64,000 bases of DNA from Eledone cirrhosa (GCA_964016885.1 OZ024741.1:101184001-101248000), one strand, 5' to 3'; counted from the first letter of the stretch, positions 10,801 to 23,515 are shown. Numbers and translations: made by a program. Notes: generated by a model from the letters alone, not told the origin.

Positions 10801-13800
10801 AAACTTCTGACACTCAGAAATACAGGCTCTGTGAAAAAAAATTGGAAAATGTAACCCACTTAGTAAGTGGATGTGAGAGCCTTGCACACAAAAAAAAAAA
10901 AATACAAGCGCCATTATGATAAAATCTGTCTATACCTTCATTGACATTATCAGCTACTCCCACACAATCCCAGGATAATATTCTTTAAAATTATAATGGA
11001 TCAGAATGTAATTAAGTAAAAATTACTACTTTGCTATTAAACAATCACCATTTTCCATGTAGAAAGACAGTTGTTGTAGATCATTTCTTAAATCAACCTC
11101 TAGTTCAGGGTTTTCCTTACTAATATAAAATGGTTTCAGGGTTGGGTGGGTTGTGATGCTTTGAATCACATCTTATATGAAAGTACTGTCCTCTTAGATG
11201 GGTCAGAGGACCATGTCTCATATGTTCTAATTTTTGGCATGCTTTCTACACCTACTACTTTGCCGAGGGTACAGGGTGCATTCTATCATGACACTAACAC
11301 TAGTGGATTTGTCTGGAAACACACAAGCCTGAAAAGTACTCTGACAGGAACCAGGCTAAGTGAGTATGAAAGAGAAGATAGATATTTCTGTGTAGATGGG
11401 AGAGTGATGGTGGAGAAAAATGCCTAAAATAATTTAATACAAATGCACAAAGACAATAACATGCATAAAAACTTACCGACAGTCCATATACTGTATGTTA
11501 CTAATAACCGGAGGTAGATTATCCATCGTCTCAGTATAGAGTGGAACCAAATTAAGGTCCTCAGCCTGTCGTCTATAGCAGAGAGCCATATTGAATTCAT
11601 CTTGGCAGGACTTAGAACTTAAGTAGGATGTAGTGAGAATAATTATAATACTGTTGAGAAAGAAAAACAAGAGCTGTTAGATAATTTATCTATGTAGGTT
11701 AAGAGGGCTCTTTATTTGTGTCAAGGGCACAACAGCTCCTCTAGTTTTGGTGACACAATAAAATGTACCTAGTATACTTTGTTAAATGGTTGGTGATAAT
11801 AGGGCATTCAGTTATTGAAAACTTGCTAAACATCTAGTTGGAAGGACTCTTCAGTTGTCAAAAAATTGACAGCCTCTCTAGTGCTGGTTCCACAACAAAA
11901 TGCACCTGGTGCACTATGTATCAGGAAGGAACATATGTGAGATATGGCCTTTAGCCTGTCTGAGAGGTCAGTGGCTCCAATTAAGTATTGACTTGGTCCG
12001 TGAAGATCCATTCAACCCTTGCAAGCAGGTAAAATGGATGTTTAATGATGTTGAATGTGATTATACCACTGAAGATTTATGAGCTAACAAAGATGAGTGG
12101 CCATGTTATGGAATACTCAACCACATACTCTATAATACATGATGGACTGTACTTGTGATTCTGTTATACTTTGTCATACTGAGTCTCTTTGAGAATTGCA
12201 TTACTGGTGCAGAATAATCATCTATTTACATGCTAATTTTACAAGTTGTCTATTCCATTGATTGAACATTTGGGACACTCAATCATATTATAACCATTCA
12301 ACCATAAAATTAGATAGACCAAAATAATTAGAGTAATTATTGATTAACAAACAATATACTTGATAGTCAAAGTACATTACTTTATTACTGTATCAAAATA
12401 GACATAGTAGATATTAGTATGTTTCAGCTGTACTAAGTGGTTGAAAAATACTATAAATTTGTATCTGTACAGAAACAGCACAAGATTTAACCAAAGCTGT
12501 GAGAACTGTGTACATAAACACACACAGTTATAGGTGTAAAAATGTCTTCAAAATCTGAAAATGATGATAAATGTGCTCACATGGCATATGTGAGATGTAT
12601 GGTGCTATTCCCTGCAGGCACCTCTTTTTCCTACTTTTTTTCCATCACCAGGAGTACTTTACCCCCTTTGTTCAACTATTATTTATAGTTATCAACTATT
12701 ATTATAGTTATCTGCGGTTATAGGGCAGTGGATTGGCAGTATCAGTAGAGGGTCGGATGCCATTCTTTGCAGCAAAGAGTTACGGCCCTTTATGATCTGA
12801 GTTCAAATGCTGAGGTTAACTTTGCCTTCCATCCTTACGGGGTCGATAAAATAAAGTACCAGGAATACACTGGAATAATTGCTGGCCTTGTGCCAAAAGT
12901 AGAAACAATTATTATAGTTATCTGCATTGTGACCACTAAATTTTAAAATTTCAAGCTTCATAATACTTCATAAGTCAACTGGATGTTTAAATATTCAGAA
13001 AACGAAGAAAATTACCATTTACATCCAAACATACAGGAGTATACTTTTTCAGGCCAGATATCTTTTTCATCAACTTTTATCTTTTTATGAAAAACCTTTA
13101 CATTTGAATTACACTTTTCCAGCGATTCTTTCAGTAATTTTGCCTTATTTGAGTCTGTTTGGCTGTAGGAAATATACACATCATTCAAATTCTTTTGTTT
13201 CGAAATCTGTAAAAAAAAAATTTAGAGTGAAAAAGTCTGACACCAATTATTATTTGGCAACAAAGTGATTCTCTCGCTGAGTGAAACATAGATTATATGA
13301 TGTCTGCGTATGAAATGCAATGCTGTATGTTAGTGAGGTAAGGACATTGAATGTAGAGGATGTGTGAAGGTTAGAAAGAAATGAAGCTAGTATGCTTTGC
13401 AGAATGTGTAATGCTGGTGCACATGAACATAAGGCACAGACGAGTTGAAGGAGAAACTGGACATAAGAAGAATCAGATACACTGTATTAGAGAGAAGATT
13501 GCAGTGGTATGGAAAGGTGATGTATATGAATGATGATCATTGGATGTAGAAGTGCTAAGAGTTCCTAGTAGATGAAAGTTGTAAAATAGGAAGATTGACA
13601 AAAACCTGAGCAGAGGTGGTGAGAGTTTATCTCAAAACACAGAACCTCACAGAAGAGAGCATAAGTAAAGGAAAGCTCTACTGGAGAAGACCCATCCAAC
13701 CCATAAAATGGATGTAAAAATGACGGTGATAATATTACCTTTAAAAGATTGGATTTTTCCCAGACTTTCTTCAAATCTTTAAATGTAGCAATACATTTTT

Positions 13801-16800
13801 TATTGCGCTCATCAATATGATTTATATCACTGGTGTAAAGAACAATCTTGAAACATTTCAAAGGAAGGCCAATTTTCATCCAATTACAAGCTGCTTCAAC
13901 CATTGCGATGAGAACTGGAATCATACCAAAACCCTATAAAATATAAAAGAGGAAAACTGAAATATAATATTTCCATGAATTAAGATCTGTAACCTGCTAT
14001 TTTCAACTTCAATAAATACTTCTGATTGCACAAAGACACCATCATTATCATCGTTGTCATACATGTATGCGAGACAAAAAGAGTCAAATACTTCTAATTA
14101 AAATCACTTAATATAAAAGTAAAATTCTAGCTGCAAGAGACTGCAAATACCTCCACTGTCATACTCTCATCACCCTACCTCCTTCTGCATTTCTCCACCT
14201 ACTGAGGGAGGATACAATGATTTCCCCTAGTGTTAGTGCCACAATAAAATCCACTCAGTACACTCTGGTAAATGGTAATATTGCCAAGATGTACCCTCTG
14301 TAAAGTAGTAATGTTGTTATCACAATAAAATGAACCCAGTATATGTAGTAGTGCAGATGCCATGATAAAATGCACCCAGTACACCCTGTAAAATGGTAAT
14401 ATTGCCAAGATATAATATACCCAGTACCCTCTGTAAAGTAACAGTGTTGATACCATGATAAGATACATCCAGTACCCTTTGTAAAATGATAGTGTTGGTG
14501 CCATGATAATATTCATGCAGTACATGAGGTAGAGCTGATGCCATGATAAAATTCTCCCAGTACACTTTGTAAAATGGTTGGCATTAAGAAGAGCATCTAG
14601 CCATAGAAACCATGCAAAAATGGAATGTATGATTAAAACATGGTCTTCTGACCAGTTCAGTCTCAAACCATGACATACTTACCAAGCCATGCCAGCATGG
14701 AAAACGAATGTAAAACAATGATGATGATGGTGATGATGTGAAGTATGAATTTTGGTTGTTCCTCTGTAGTTAGTTCATTGAAAATATTTAATGATCTGAC
14801 ACCAAGCAGTGACCATAAGTAGTTGCAAATGGTTTCAGAGTGGCTGACAGAGAAAGATAACTAGCATATTGTTTGAGTTATTTGGATAATAGGTAAACAT
14901 GCTGTTCATCTTTAATTATATGACATATAGTGAGTGAGCTTCAGCGTTTACATTGAATTGGTGAAGTCATTAGTGCAGGGATTTAGACAAACGCATCTCA
15001 CTCCATTCCTGGAATCCTTAACACCTCATCGATCCCAGACATGTACAAAAATAAATAAAGCAGTAAACAAAATAATGGTTTCTGATTTAGGCACAAGGCC
15101 AACAATCCAACTTAGCAACTTTGACTATCATCCATATGGGATTAATAAAATAAAGTACCAGTCCAAAGGTGGCGGATTGGCAGAAATGTTACACTGTTAG
15201 ATGAGATACCTTGTGGTATTTGTTCCAGATAGATTTATTATTTTTCATGTTGATTTTAACGATGCTAGTTAATGTTAAATTAATATATGTAGTTAACTGT
15301 GTTATATACAAAACTATTAATGTTAAATGTGAGGTTGTAACTTATGTAATAAATTGTGTTGCAAACAACACCACTAATGTTATATTAATAGAAGGCTGTC
15401 AATGCTATGTAATAGTGTTATATATCATATATGAGTAGAAACTGTAATAGCAAACTGGTTAAAGAGGAAGAGGAGGTGAAAAAATACTGTTCTAGGAGTT
15501 TGTTTAAAGATATATGAAGTTTGAACTTCTAGTGGTTTGTTTAAAGATATATGAAGTTTGAACTTCGGTAATTTCTTTTTAACTAGTTTATTATATAGAG
15601 TAGTTAAAAAGCTGGGTCTTACAAGGTTCTGTACTGCATAAAACCACAGTAGCAAGACATTTGTGAAAAGTAGAAAACAGCACTATAACTGCATCACATC
15701 AAAAATTAAAGTTTTTATTTTAGTTTACAGCAAATTTTCACCACCAAAGACTAGTTTGTTAATTCAAACATTTGAATTAACAAATCAGTCTTTCAATATT
15801 TTCTGCTAAATTAGGTTATTAATAATTAAAGATGGTGACTTGATAGTTGTTAGAGCATTAGATTAAAAGCTTTGATGTTTGTTTCAGGTCTCTTTGTTCT
15901 GATTTCAAATCCCATTGAGGTGAATTTAGCTTTTCATCATTTCTAGTTCAATAAACACAACACCAGTCCAGGAGCAGTGAATTGGCTGAATTGTTAACAA
16001 CAGATACTAGCAGGAATGGAAAGACCAATGGAAACATAGTTTCCTTGGTCTGATCCAATGATGAGCTGCTTTCATATTTTAATAAGTGAATAACAAGTAT
16101 TTTAAGGTAATTTTCTTGCTCAAGCAGAGGTTAGCCATGTAAGCCCTATGACAAGCTTTCAACTTTGCTCTATGAAAGTGACTGGGTAAGAGAAATGATG
16201 CGAATAGAGCCAGTAATGAGTGTTGTGAATAGAAATAGAATGAGATGGTTGGGTCATATGTTAAGGAAGGCTGAAAGTGACTGGACAAGAAGAGTGATAG
16301 AAATGAATGTAGAAAGAAGTGTATGAAGAGGAAAACCAAGAAAGACATGGCCAAAGATGATGGAGGAGAAAATGAAAACCAGATGATTGCTGAGGAGGGA
16401 TGCAAACAATAGGGCAAAATGGAGAAGTATGTCATGAGGCTATCATGGCTAATCCATTTTAGGGGAGAAAATGAGCTTAAAATGCCTATTGGATATAAAT
16501 AATTAATTTATGTGTTCTATGGTGAGTTATATAATTTTGTTGAGATTCCTTATTGTGGTGACTACATCATCATCACAACCATCAGTTTTATGTTCATGTT
16601 CCCATATTAGTATGGAATGGACAAAGTGCTCTTCATGATGCCAACCTTCATTTTTTCTTATACGTAAAGAATGGATCTTTGCACAGCTAACCAGTAAGAT
16701 CTTTATTTATGGATAATGTAAATAAATATTGCTACCAGGGTTAGTAATGGCACAAATGTGAACAGAAAAGGGTTACACACACATATATATATATAAAGCA

Positions 16801-17635
16801 GTGAATTGGCAGAGTCATTAGAATGTCGGATAGCATGCTTTATGGTATTCGTTCCGGCTCTCTGAGTTCAAATCCCACCGCGGTCAACTTTGCCTTTCAT
16901 CCTTTCGAGGTCACGGAGAGGGACGGGCTCCACCAAGCTTAAAATGCTTTAGAAACAGTGTATGCCAATATGGCACCCCTACGACTCAATTCAGCAGTTA
17001 CAGGACAATACATCATCATATGTATATATATGTTACAGTTACAGGACAATATATGTATATATATGTTACAGTTACAGGACAATACATACATACATATGTA
17101 TATATATGCACATATACTAAGAGAGAAAGATATCAGTTTAACATATGTTTATTTTGGTAACATGTGATTCACTCGTGGTCTGGCTTCAAAACCACTCAAA
17201 GGATAAAAACATAAAGGAAAAACAAAGTATAAAAAAATATTGAGAATGGAATGAAATAAATACATAAAGAATAACAATTAAAAATAGAAATAAAGGATAA
17301 AAATAATAATAATAACAGTCTCTGATTTAGGCACAAGGCCAGCAATTTGGGGGGAGGGGAAAGTCAATTAAATCAACCAGTGCATTACTGGTACTTTATT
17401 TTACCAACCCCGTAAAAAAGAAAATAAAAGAAAAAGGATAAAACTTTTCTTTTCTCCTTTGATCCTTCAGCCCCTATTATTTATTATTTTATCCTTCATC
17501 TTTGCTTTTTACTTATTGCTCTCTAGTTTTAGGCTTTGTATGCTTTTTTATTGTTAAGTTTCTTTTATTGTTACTTCTAATCTCAGCATTGGCTTATATC
17601 CTAGTTTTTGTTCTACACAACGATCCCCTGGTCAC

Positions 17636-17693
<58 letters not shown>

Positions 17694-17771
17694 CCCCTGC
17701 TCTCCATATATTTATGTGTGTGTATAAAACAAACAAAGGGAGTGTGGTAAGATACCAGGTGGACCATATGT

Positions 17772-17821
<50 letters not shown>

Positions 17822-20800
17822 CAAAAAGCATCCAGCACACATTGTAAATGTGGTTGGCATTAGGAAGGGCATACAACCATAGAAATCTAGCCAGAAACAG
17901 TCCTATATGAGCAAGACACGGTCACCCAACCGAACTTGACTCTAATGGGACAAACCCGTCTAGCCCATGCTAGCATGGAAAATGGACATTAGAGGATGAT
18001 GATGATGATATATATATATATATATATTCACCAGACACGCACATTTATGGAAAGCAGAGGATAGCTGTGTAGAAAACAAATAGGGATGCCAAAAGTAGAC
18101 ATATACCTACTGACAAATATTGTGAAAAATATTGTGTGTATAAAAGAGCGAGAGAGACAGAGAGTGAGTGTGTGTGTATACAAAGGGTTTCGTTCAATTT
18201 CCATCTACTAAATTTCACTCACAAGTCATTGGCCTGGCTGAGGCTATAGCAGAAAACACTTGCCTATGATGCCATCACTTAGTAGGTTAGAACCTGAAAC
18301 CACATGATTATGAAATATACTTCTTAACCACACATCCATGCCTGCATTTAGATAGAATTAATTAATCCATGTGTATCTGTGATGAGTCATGTAATTTTGC
18401 TGTTATTCCATACTATAGTCACTATACAAAAAATGAAAAAAGAAACAAAAATAACCAATTGTCAGAACGGAACAAAGAAACAATGTTTCCATTGGTATTT
18501 CCATTGCTGATAATATCTGCAGGTCACAGCTCTTGGCAGAAGCGGAAGTGTGGGAGGCAGGGGTGATCTGAGAATGCATGGGAAAAGCATACACATAAGC
18601 AATAATGATAATGATGAGCTAGATCTGCTCCAGATAGAGCTGCTACTTCACTGAATTGAGAGACCAGAGCTTTGATATTACAAACATGTGGTTAGAATAT
18701 CTCTGGAAATAATTGCTGGACAGATTTTATGGGCAAAACCAGGAGACCCAGGAGCAGATACCAGGCAAAATGGTTGGATATCACCTATATTTTTGGTTGC
18801 TTTCACTAGGGTTATCCAGTCAGATCAATTGGAGACGGTTGCTTCTGACAAGACCGGCTGGAGGGAGTACTTGAGGACTCTTCCTCCATGACCCCAGGAG
18901 GAGCAGGTCATGGAGGAGCAGGTCTGCATCTCTCTTCTCACCATAAAGTACATTTGTATTCTATATTATACCTATTATACCTTACCTTCCATTGGAACAA
19001 CAATCAACTAATAGGAAAATGTTGAGATAATGCATTATTAGATGAGTATTAGATTGATAGGTTAATATAATTCCTTCTTTCTTTGAGGATAATATAACGT
19101 ATATACTCAAATATAAGCTGAGGAATATGTGACAAAAAAAATTGATGGTAAAATGAGGGGTTGGTTTATATTTGAGGTCAATATTTTGACGATTTTCACA
19201 AATTCTACATAAGTAAGGTACTAAAATATCTGGAGTGATTATTTCACAATGAAACACTGTTTTTCTACGTTTACTACATTATAGTTGGTGTTATTTATGC
19301 ATTCCCTAAAAAATATTTCCAACAAATTTTTATAATTTGAACTTTTTTTATACATAAATATCCCATACACATATATGCATACACACACACGCTTTTCTCT
19401 GACAATATTTTTTTCTTTCAATCTTAATTCTGATTTGATTTTATTGCTCTCTCTCTCTGCCTCCCCTCCCTCTTCTATGAATCCCTATACAAAGTTCTCG
19501 TATCCAATCTTTTGCTTTCAAAGTACTCCTAGCATATGAGTAACCAGAAGTAAACAAAAATTTGAGAAAGTTATTGAAACTTTACACAATAAAAACTCAC
19601 TACATAATGGAATTGTGAGGAAAAACTATATTCTAAATGACACTTAAAACATTTTGAACATCAAAATATTGAAATGTTATAAATATTTTTTATACTCATG
19701 AGAATTTCTAAACCACGCCATCTAAACAATGTGTTGATTAGCTGCTTTGGCTTATAATTGGTGTTTGGATTTTTGCCCATTTCTTAGACATAAAATAGGA
19801 GAGTCGGTTTATATTCAAGTATATACAGTAGATATTTGGCATTGAGAAAAGAAGGGAATGAAGCTGATCGTCAGATCAGACTAAGGAAATCCAGTTACTG
19901 ACACTAACAGCTGGTCACAACTCCTGATAAAAGGAGGTGGGATTTGAACTCAGAATGCAGGGAGCTGGATCAGATACTGCAAAGTATTCCATCTGACTTT
20001 TTAACAATTCTGTCAATCCACTCCCCACTGAAATGGTACTTTATTTAATGAACCCAAAAGGATGAAATTTAAAGTTGGCTTAAGCAGGGTTTGAAATCAG
20101 AGTGGAGTGAGTTTTTAACTCTTTTGATACCAAACCACCTGACCTCTCCTCACTCTCACTGGTTCTATGAAACAAAGCTATTTATTTTAAAGAGTTTATA
20201 TTTATCTAAAAATCTTTCATCATAATTTTATGTAAGAACCTTTAAGTTAAGCTGCAAACATCAGCTTAATGACAAGAAAGTCAATTAATTTACGACATCC
20301 CTCTAAATTTTAGATTATCTTCAAAATTATTTGAAAATAATAGGCAGTGTATTTCATTAGAAATATGGTAATGAATTGATGGCAAATTGGCAAAGTTGTT
20401 AAAATGTTGGACAGAATGCTTTGTGGTATTCGTTCTGGTTCTCTGCTTCTCTCAGTTCAAATCCCACCAAGGTCATCTAAAAAAAAGTACCAGTCTAGTA
20501 CTAGGGTTGATTCTTCTTCTATATCTCTTTCTCCTTTCCTTTCTCTCACTCTTTCCTTTTTTGAAAGAAATCTGCAGTACTCAAGCCTGTAGAAAGGATG
20601 GACTATGCCAGGTTTTTTAAAATGCCCTAAGAAACATTGTGTCAATATGCCGCTCCTACAACTCCCTCAGGCGTTAGGGGTCCATGCTAAACCATACCAT
20701 GGTATTGTAAAGGTTAATCCAATGCCCTATCAACACAAATAGAATGAAAAAATACTCACTTGGTTTCCAGTGCCAAGTAATGGTGTTATTACTGTTGTGT

Positions 20801-23515
20801 CTTGAGAGTTAAATATTGGCATAAAACCTCTGAACATATCTCCTATTTGATCAAGTATATTGCAACCTAATCGTCTGTAATACAAAACAATAAATTAATC
20901 AACTTCAATAAAAATAGAATTTTTAACGTATGTAAGCTGGTACAATGCAAGTTTGACAATTAAATAGTCGAACAAGTTGGGCATATTAACCCCTGGAGAT
21001 GGAAAAAAGTGGATAGAATCTTCTGTGGGAATTGAATTCACATCTACTGTATGTTAGACAGCTGTGCTATCATTACACCAAGGTGAGACTGACCACTTCT
21101 CCATCCTTTTTTAAGCCTTATCGTCAAACCTAGTCATTTTGATGATGCAACAAAAGTTACTGTAAAGTGGTCATTTTAGTGCCACGACATAAAGCAACCA
21201 ATCCATACTGTAGAGTGGTTGTGTTGGCGACATGACAAAAAGTGCCCAGTCTACGCTGTAAAGTGATTGTTTTGATGCCACAATAAAAGGCACCCAATCT
21301 ACACTGTAAAGTGATTGTTTTGATGCCACAATAAAAGGCACCCAGTCCATATTGTAAATGTGGTCAACATTAGGAAGGGCATCCAAGTAGAAACCAAGCC
21401 AGAAACGCTTCTGTATAAGCAAGACATGGTCATCTGATCTGACTTGTCTCATAACAGGACAACCCATCTAACCCATGCTACCATGGAAAATGGACATTAA
21501 ACAATGATGATGATGATGAGTGAATATGAATTTTGAAAATATGTTAGTTTCTTGTAAGCTGCTACAATATTTGTTTGATTATTAAATAGTAGAAGCTAGG
21601 CATATAAATCCCTAGAGATGGGAAAAAGTAGACAGTATCACCTGTGGGAAGTGAACTCACGTTTGCCATTACATTACATCAAAGTAACTCTCTCATTACT
21701 ATAAATCAAATAAAAACATAGACTATGATTTTCAAATCATTTTGAGGGAGTTAGTAATATAGTAACTAATTTTTTTGCTGTTTGAAGCATAGCTTAACAA
21801 AGGTTTTTTCACTTAAAATTATAATGGAAGGTTTTTAGATAAATAAATAAATGATAAAACAAAATAGACACAAACCTTTCAAAACATGCCAGTCTTAAGA
21901 ATGGAACATCTTCTGGTAAGGGCTTGGATAACCAGCATGAAAAATATTTTCTTAAATCTAATTCTTTATCCAAAGCAAGATCATACACTGACACTTTCAG
22001 TTTTTTTAGCAGTGCTTGGATTAAAGTTTTACTTGTAGTGTTGTAATTATCTGAAATACAAGAAAATGTTAGATTTAAAAGATGACAATTGTTCAGTTTA
22101 CTGATTTCGGTGAAGCTGGGACATTGCTTTGAAGGAATTTTTAGTCGATAATATTAACACCAGTACATATTTTTTCAAGTCTGGTACTTATTTTATCAAT
22201 CACTTTTTGTCAAACAACTAAGTTATATGACAATAAAGGACATAAAAACACACAAATACAGGCCTCCACTAAATTTTACAACTAAGTTATATGACAATAA
22301 AGGACATAAAAACACACAAATACAGGCCTCCACTAAATTTTACTCATAAGGCATTGATCAACCTAAGGATAAAGTAGAAGACACTTGCCCAAGGCATCAT
22401 ACAGCAGGACTGTACCCGAAACTATGTCATTGCAAAGCAAATTCCATGCCAGCATCTATAAGTTAAAAATAAAATTGAAGTCAGTCTGAAGCACTGAGGA
22501 GCATAAGACCAGAGCATATCTCAACTCCATATGGTGGTAAATTATTAGGAGTATTAGACTCCTCTTTGGATAACATGCCAGTCACAAGGTTAATCTCTAG
22601 CTGTTGTTGATATTCATTTTTCAGCTGAGGGGAATAGAGCAACATGAAATAAAGTGCCTTGCTCCACCACCTGGCCAAGGAGTCAAACCCACTACCTTAT
22701 AATCATGAGGCTAACACTGTAAATACAATGTCACATACCTTCACTAAGACTGAAGATATACAGATATATTGCCAACACAATACCAATTCAAGTATATAAC
22801 AATAATGATGTTGATGATATCCTTCCTGATGGCAACCTTTTTAGTCACCTCTTATAACACACAGGGATACAGTATACCTATTCTAAAAACTGGGATCCAC
22901 ATATCATGACTAAAAACATAAAAATACATAGCAAGGTTTAACATTTTAATCGGGTCAAAAAAGAAAGTCCAATTAGGAACCCAGTTCATTCTAAGCAGGA
23001 AACTTTCAATTCCTTAGCTCAACTCACAAAATGACTAATCAGCAATGTAACACATACAATGATCCTAGAAGTAAGAGTCTAAATGCTTGGTATCCCACTT
23101 TAATCCTTTTGTTACTCTATTTCTAATGAAATACACTGTATTTGAATTAATCTAATTAATGAAAACTTTGGAGGGATTTACAAAAAATATGACATTATAT
23201 TATTTAGATGGTATTTATAATATAACAAAAGATCCTCATATCAAATTATATTAGGAGGTTTTAATTTGAATAGGAACCCTTTAAAATAAGTGGCTCTGTT
23301 TTATAGAACCAGGGGCAGTTTAGGGTTGGTTGGTACAAAAAGGGTTAATATTGTGAATGTTTAATGCTTAGATACTTACTAGGGAAAGCTGATACGATGA
23401 GTAAATCAACTTTGTCTTTCTCCTTATAACTTGTGATGTCTCCCAGAAGAAGTTCAATCTGGCAAAGACCATGCATGGTTGAAAGGGACAAAGTTTCAAC
23501 TGTCTTCAAACCCAT
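7629..23515 (-). CDS. Spliced gene encoding a Macro domain-TIR-TIR(partial) protein, at least 410 aa, 3' end beyond the left edge; join(23380-23515,21876-22050,20760-20874,13739-13933,13016-13206,11477-11650,7629-7873)
   Basis: Seven exons with canonical AG/GT sites and matching phases (1,2,0,0,2,2) give a stop-free protein. Macro motifs: IELLLGDIT...VDLLIVSAFPN...TPLLGTGNQG...FKIVLY. TIR motifs: DVYISYS...IIIILTTSYLSSKSCQDEFNMAL...LVPLY, then YDIFVSY...KIFYDKLELQTG. Confidence 0.88.
8735..9485 (+). mobile_element. 3' fragment of an L1/Tx1-clade LINE (zinc-knuckle region, 3' UTR, (TTA)n tail)
   Basis: DKLYRYG...CQRC...ETVLHAITQC CCHC motif, frameshifted continuation, AATAAA followed by ATTATTATT. 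Confidence 0.6.
9790..10945 (+). mobile_element. Degenerate fragments of a restriction-like-endonuclease non-LTR retrotransposon
   Basis: IIDVACPFDTRVKEKE...YQDL-like/VVPIIIGVLGT RLE motif at 9878-10040; HPKANINRLY, QDQAL and RLC...ENVTHLVSGCESLA remnants at 10400-10930; many stops. Confidence 0.7.
11477..11650 (-). CDS. Macro-TIR gene exon (TIR1 C-half): CIIIILTTSYLSSKSCQDEFNMALCYRRQAEDLNLVPLYTETMDNLPPVISNIQYMDC
   Basis: ctcaacag acceptor, gtaagt donor; TIR betaC-alphaC motif with Glu at 11596-11598. Confidence 0.9.
12716..12907 (+). mobile_element. tRNA-derived SINE with 18-bp TSD
   Basis: A box TGGCAGTATCAG, B box GAGTTCAAAT; TSD ATTATTATAGTTATCTGC at 12698-12715 and 12908-12925; family members at ~16800, 17320, 20385, 25638, 31900, 33270, 38310, 40200, 41695. 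Confidence 0.85.
13016..13206 (-). CDS. Macro-TIR gene exon (TIR1 N-half): ISKQKNLNDVYISYSQTDSNKAKLLKESLEKCNSNVKVFHKKIKVDEKDIWPEKVYSCMFGCK
   Basis: poly-T-acag acceptor, gtaat donor; TIR box-1-like DVYISYS. Confidence 0.88.
13235..13660 (+). mobile_element. Degraded RTE-clade LINE 3' fragment
   Basis: Similar to 26950-27330 (RLYDACV..AMLYGSE.W, LERNEASML, RRLRWYG motifs) with indels. Confidence 0.7.
13739..13933 (-). CDS. Macro-TIR gene exon (end of Macro domain): GFGMIPVLIAMVEAACNWMKIGLPLKCFKIVLYTSD...VWEKSNLLK
   Basis: tttatag acceptor, gtaata donor, 65 whole codons, phase 0/0. Confidence 0.86.
14228..14738 (+). mobile_element. SINE or RTE-LINE 3' element with (GAT)n tail and tandemly amplified ~35-45-bp internal module
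   Basis: Repeated GCCA(C/T)(A/G)ATAAAA...CCCAGTACAC..TGTAAA units, then TGGTTGGCATTA.GAAG.GCATC and CAGCATGGAAAACGAATGTAAAAC(GAT)n; relatives at ~7150, 9530, 17820, 21180, 27440, 28150, 30330. Confidence 0.75.
17639..17820. repeat. (TA)n and (TG)n microsatellites
   Basis: Direct reading. Confidence 0.95.
20760..20874 (-). CDS. Macro-TIR gene exon: RRLGCNILDQIGDMFRGFMPIFNSQDTTVITPLLGTGNQ
   Basis: ttacag acceptor, gtgagt donor; P-x-L-G-T-G phosphate-binding loop of Macro domains. Confidence 0.88.
21876..22050 (-). CDS. Macro-TIR gene exon: NNYNTTSKTLIQALLKKLKVSVYDLALDKELDLRKYFSCWLSKPLPEDVPFLRLACFE
   Basis: tttcag acceptor, gtttgt donor; phases 1/2 fit both neighbours. Confidence 0.85.
23104..23344. 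mobile_element. piggyBac-type MITE with TTAA target duplication; inverted diverged copy at ~20119-20375
   Basis: TTAA|TCCTTTTGTTAC ... GGTACAAAAAGGG|TTAA. Confidence 0.65.

Noticed and set aside
22216-22345. 64-bp perfect tandem duplication (similar short ones at ~15497-15566 and ~32415-32470)
   Set aside because: Ordinary local slippage duplications in intron or repeat sequence
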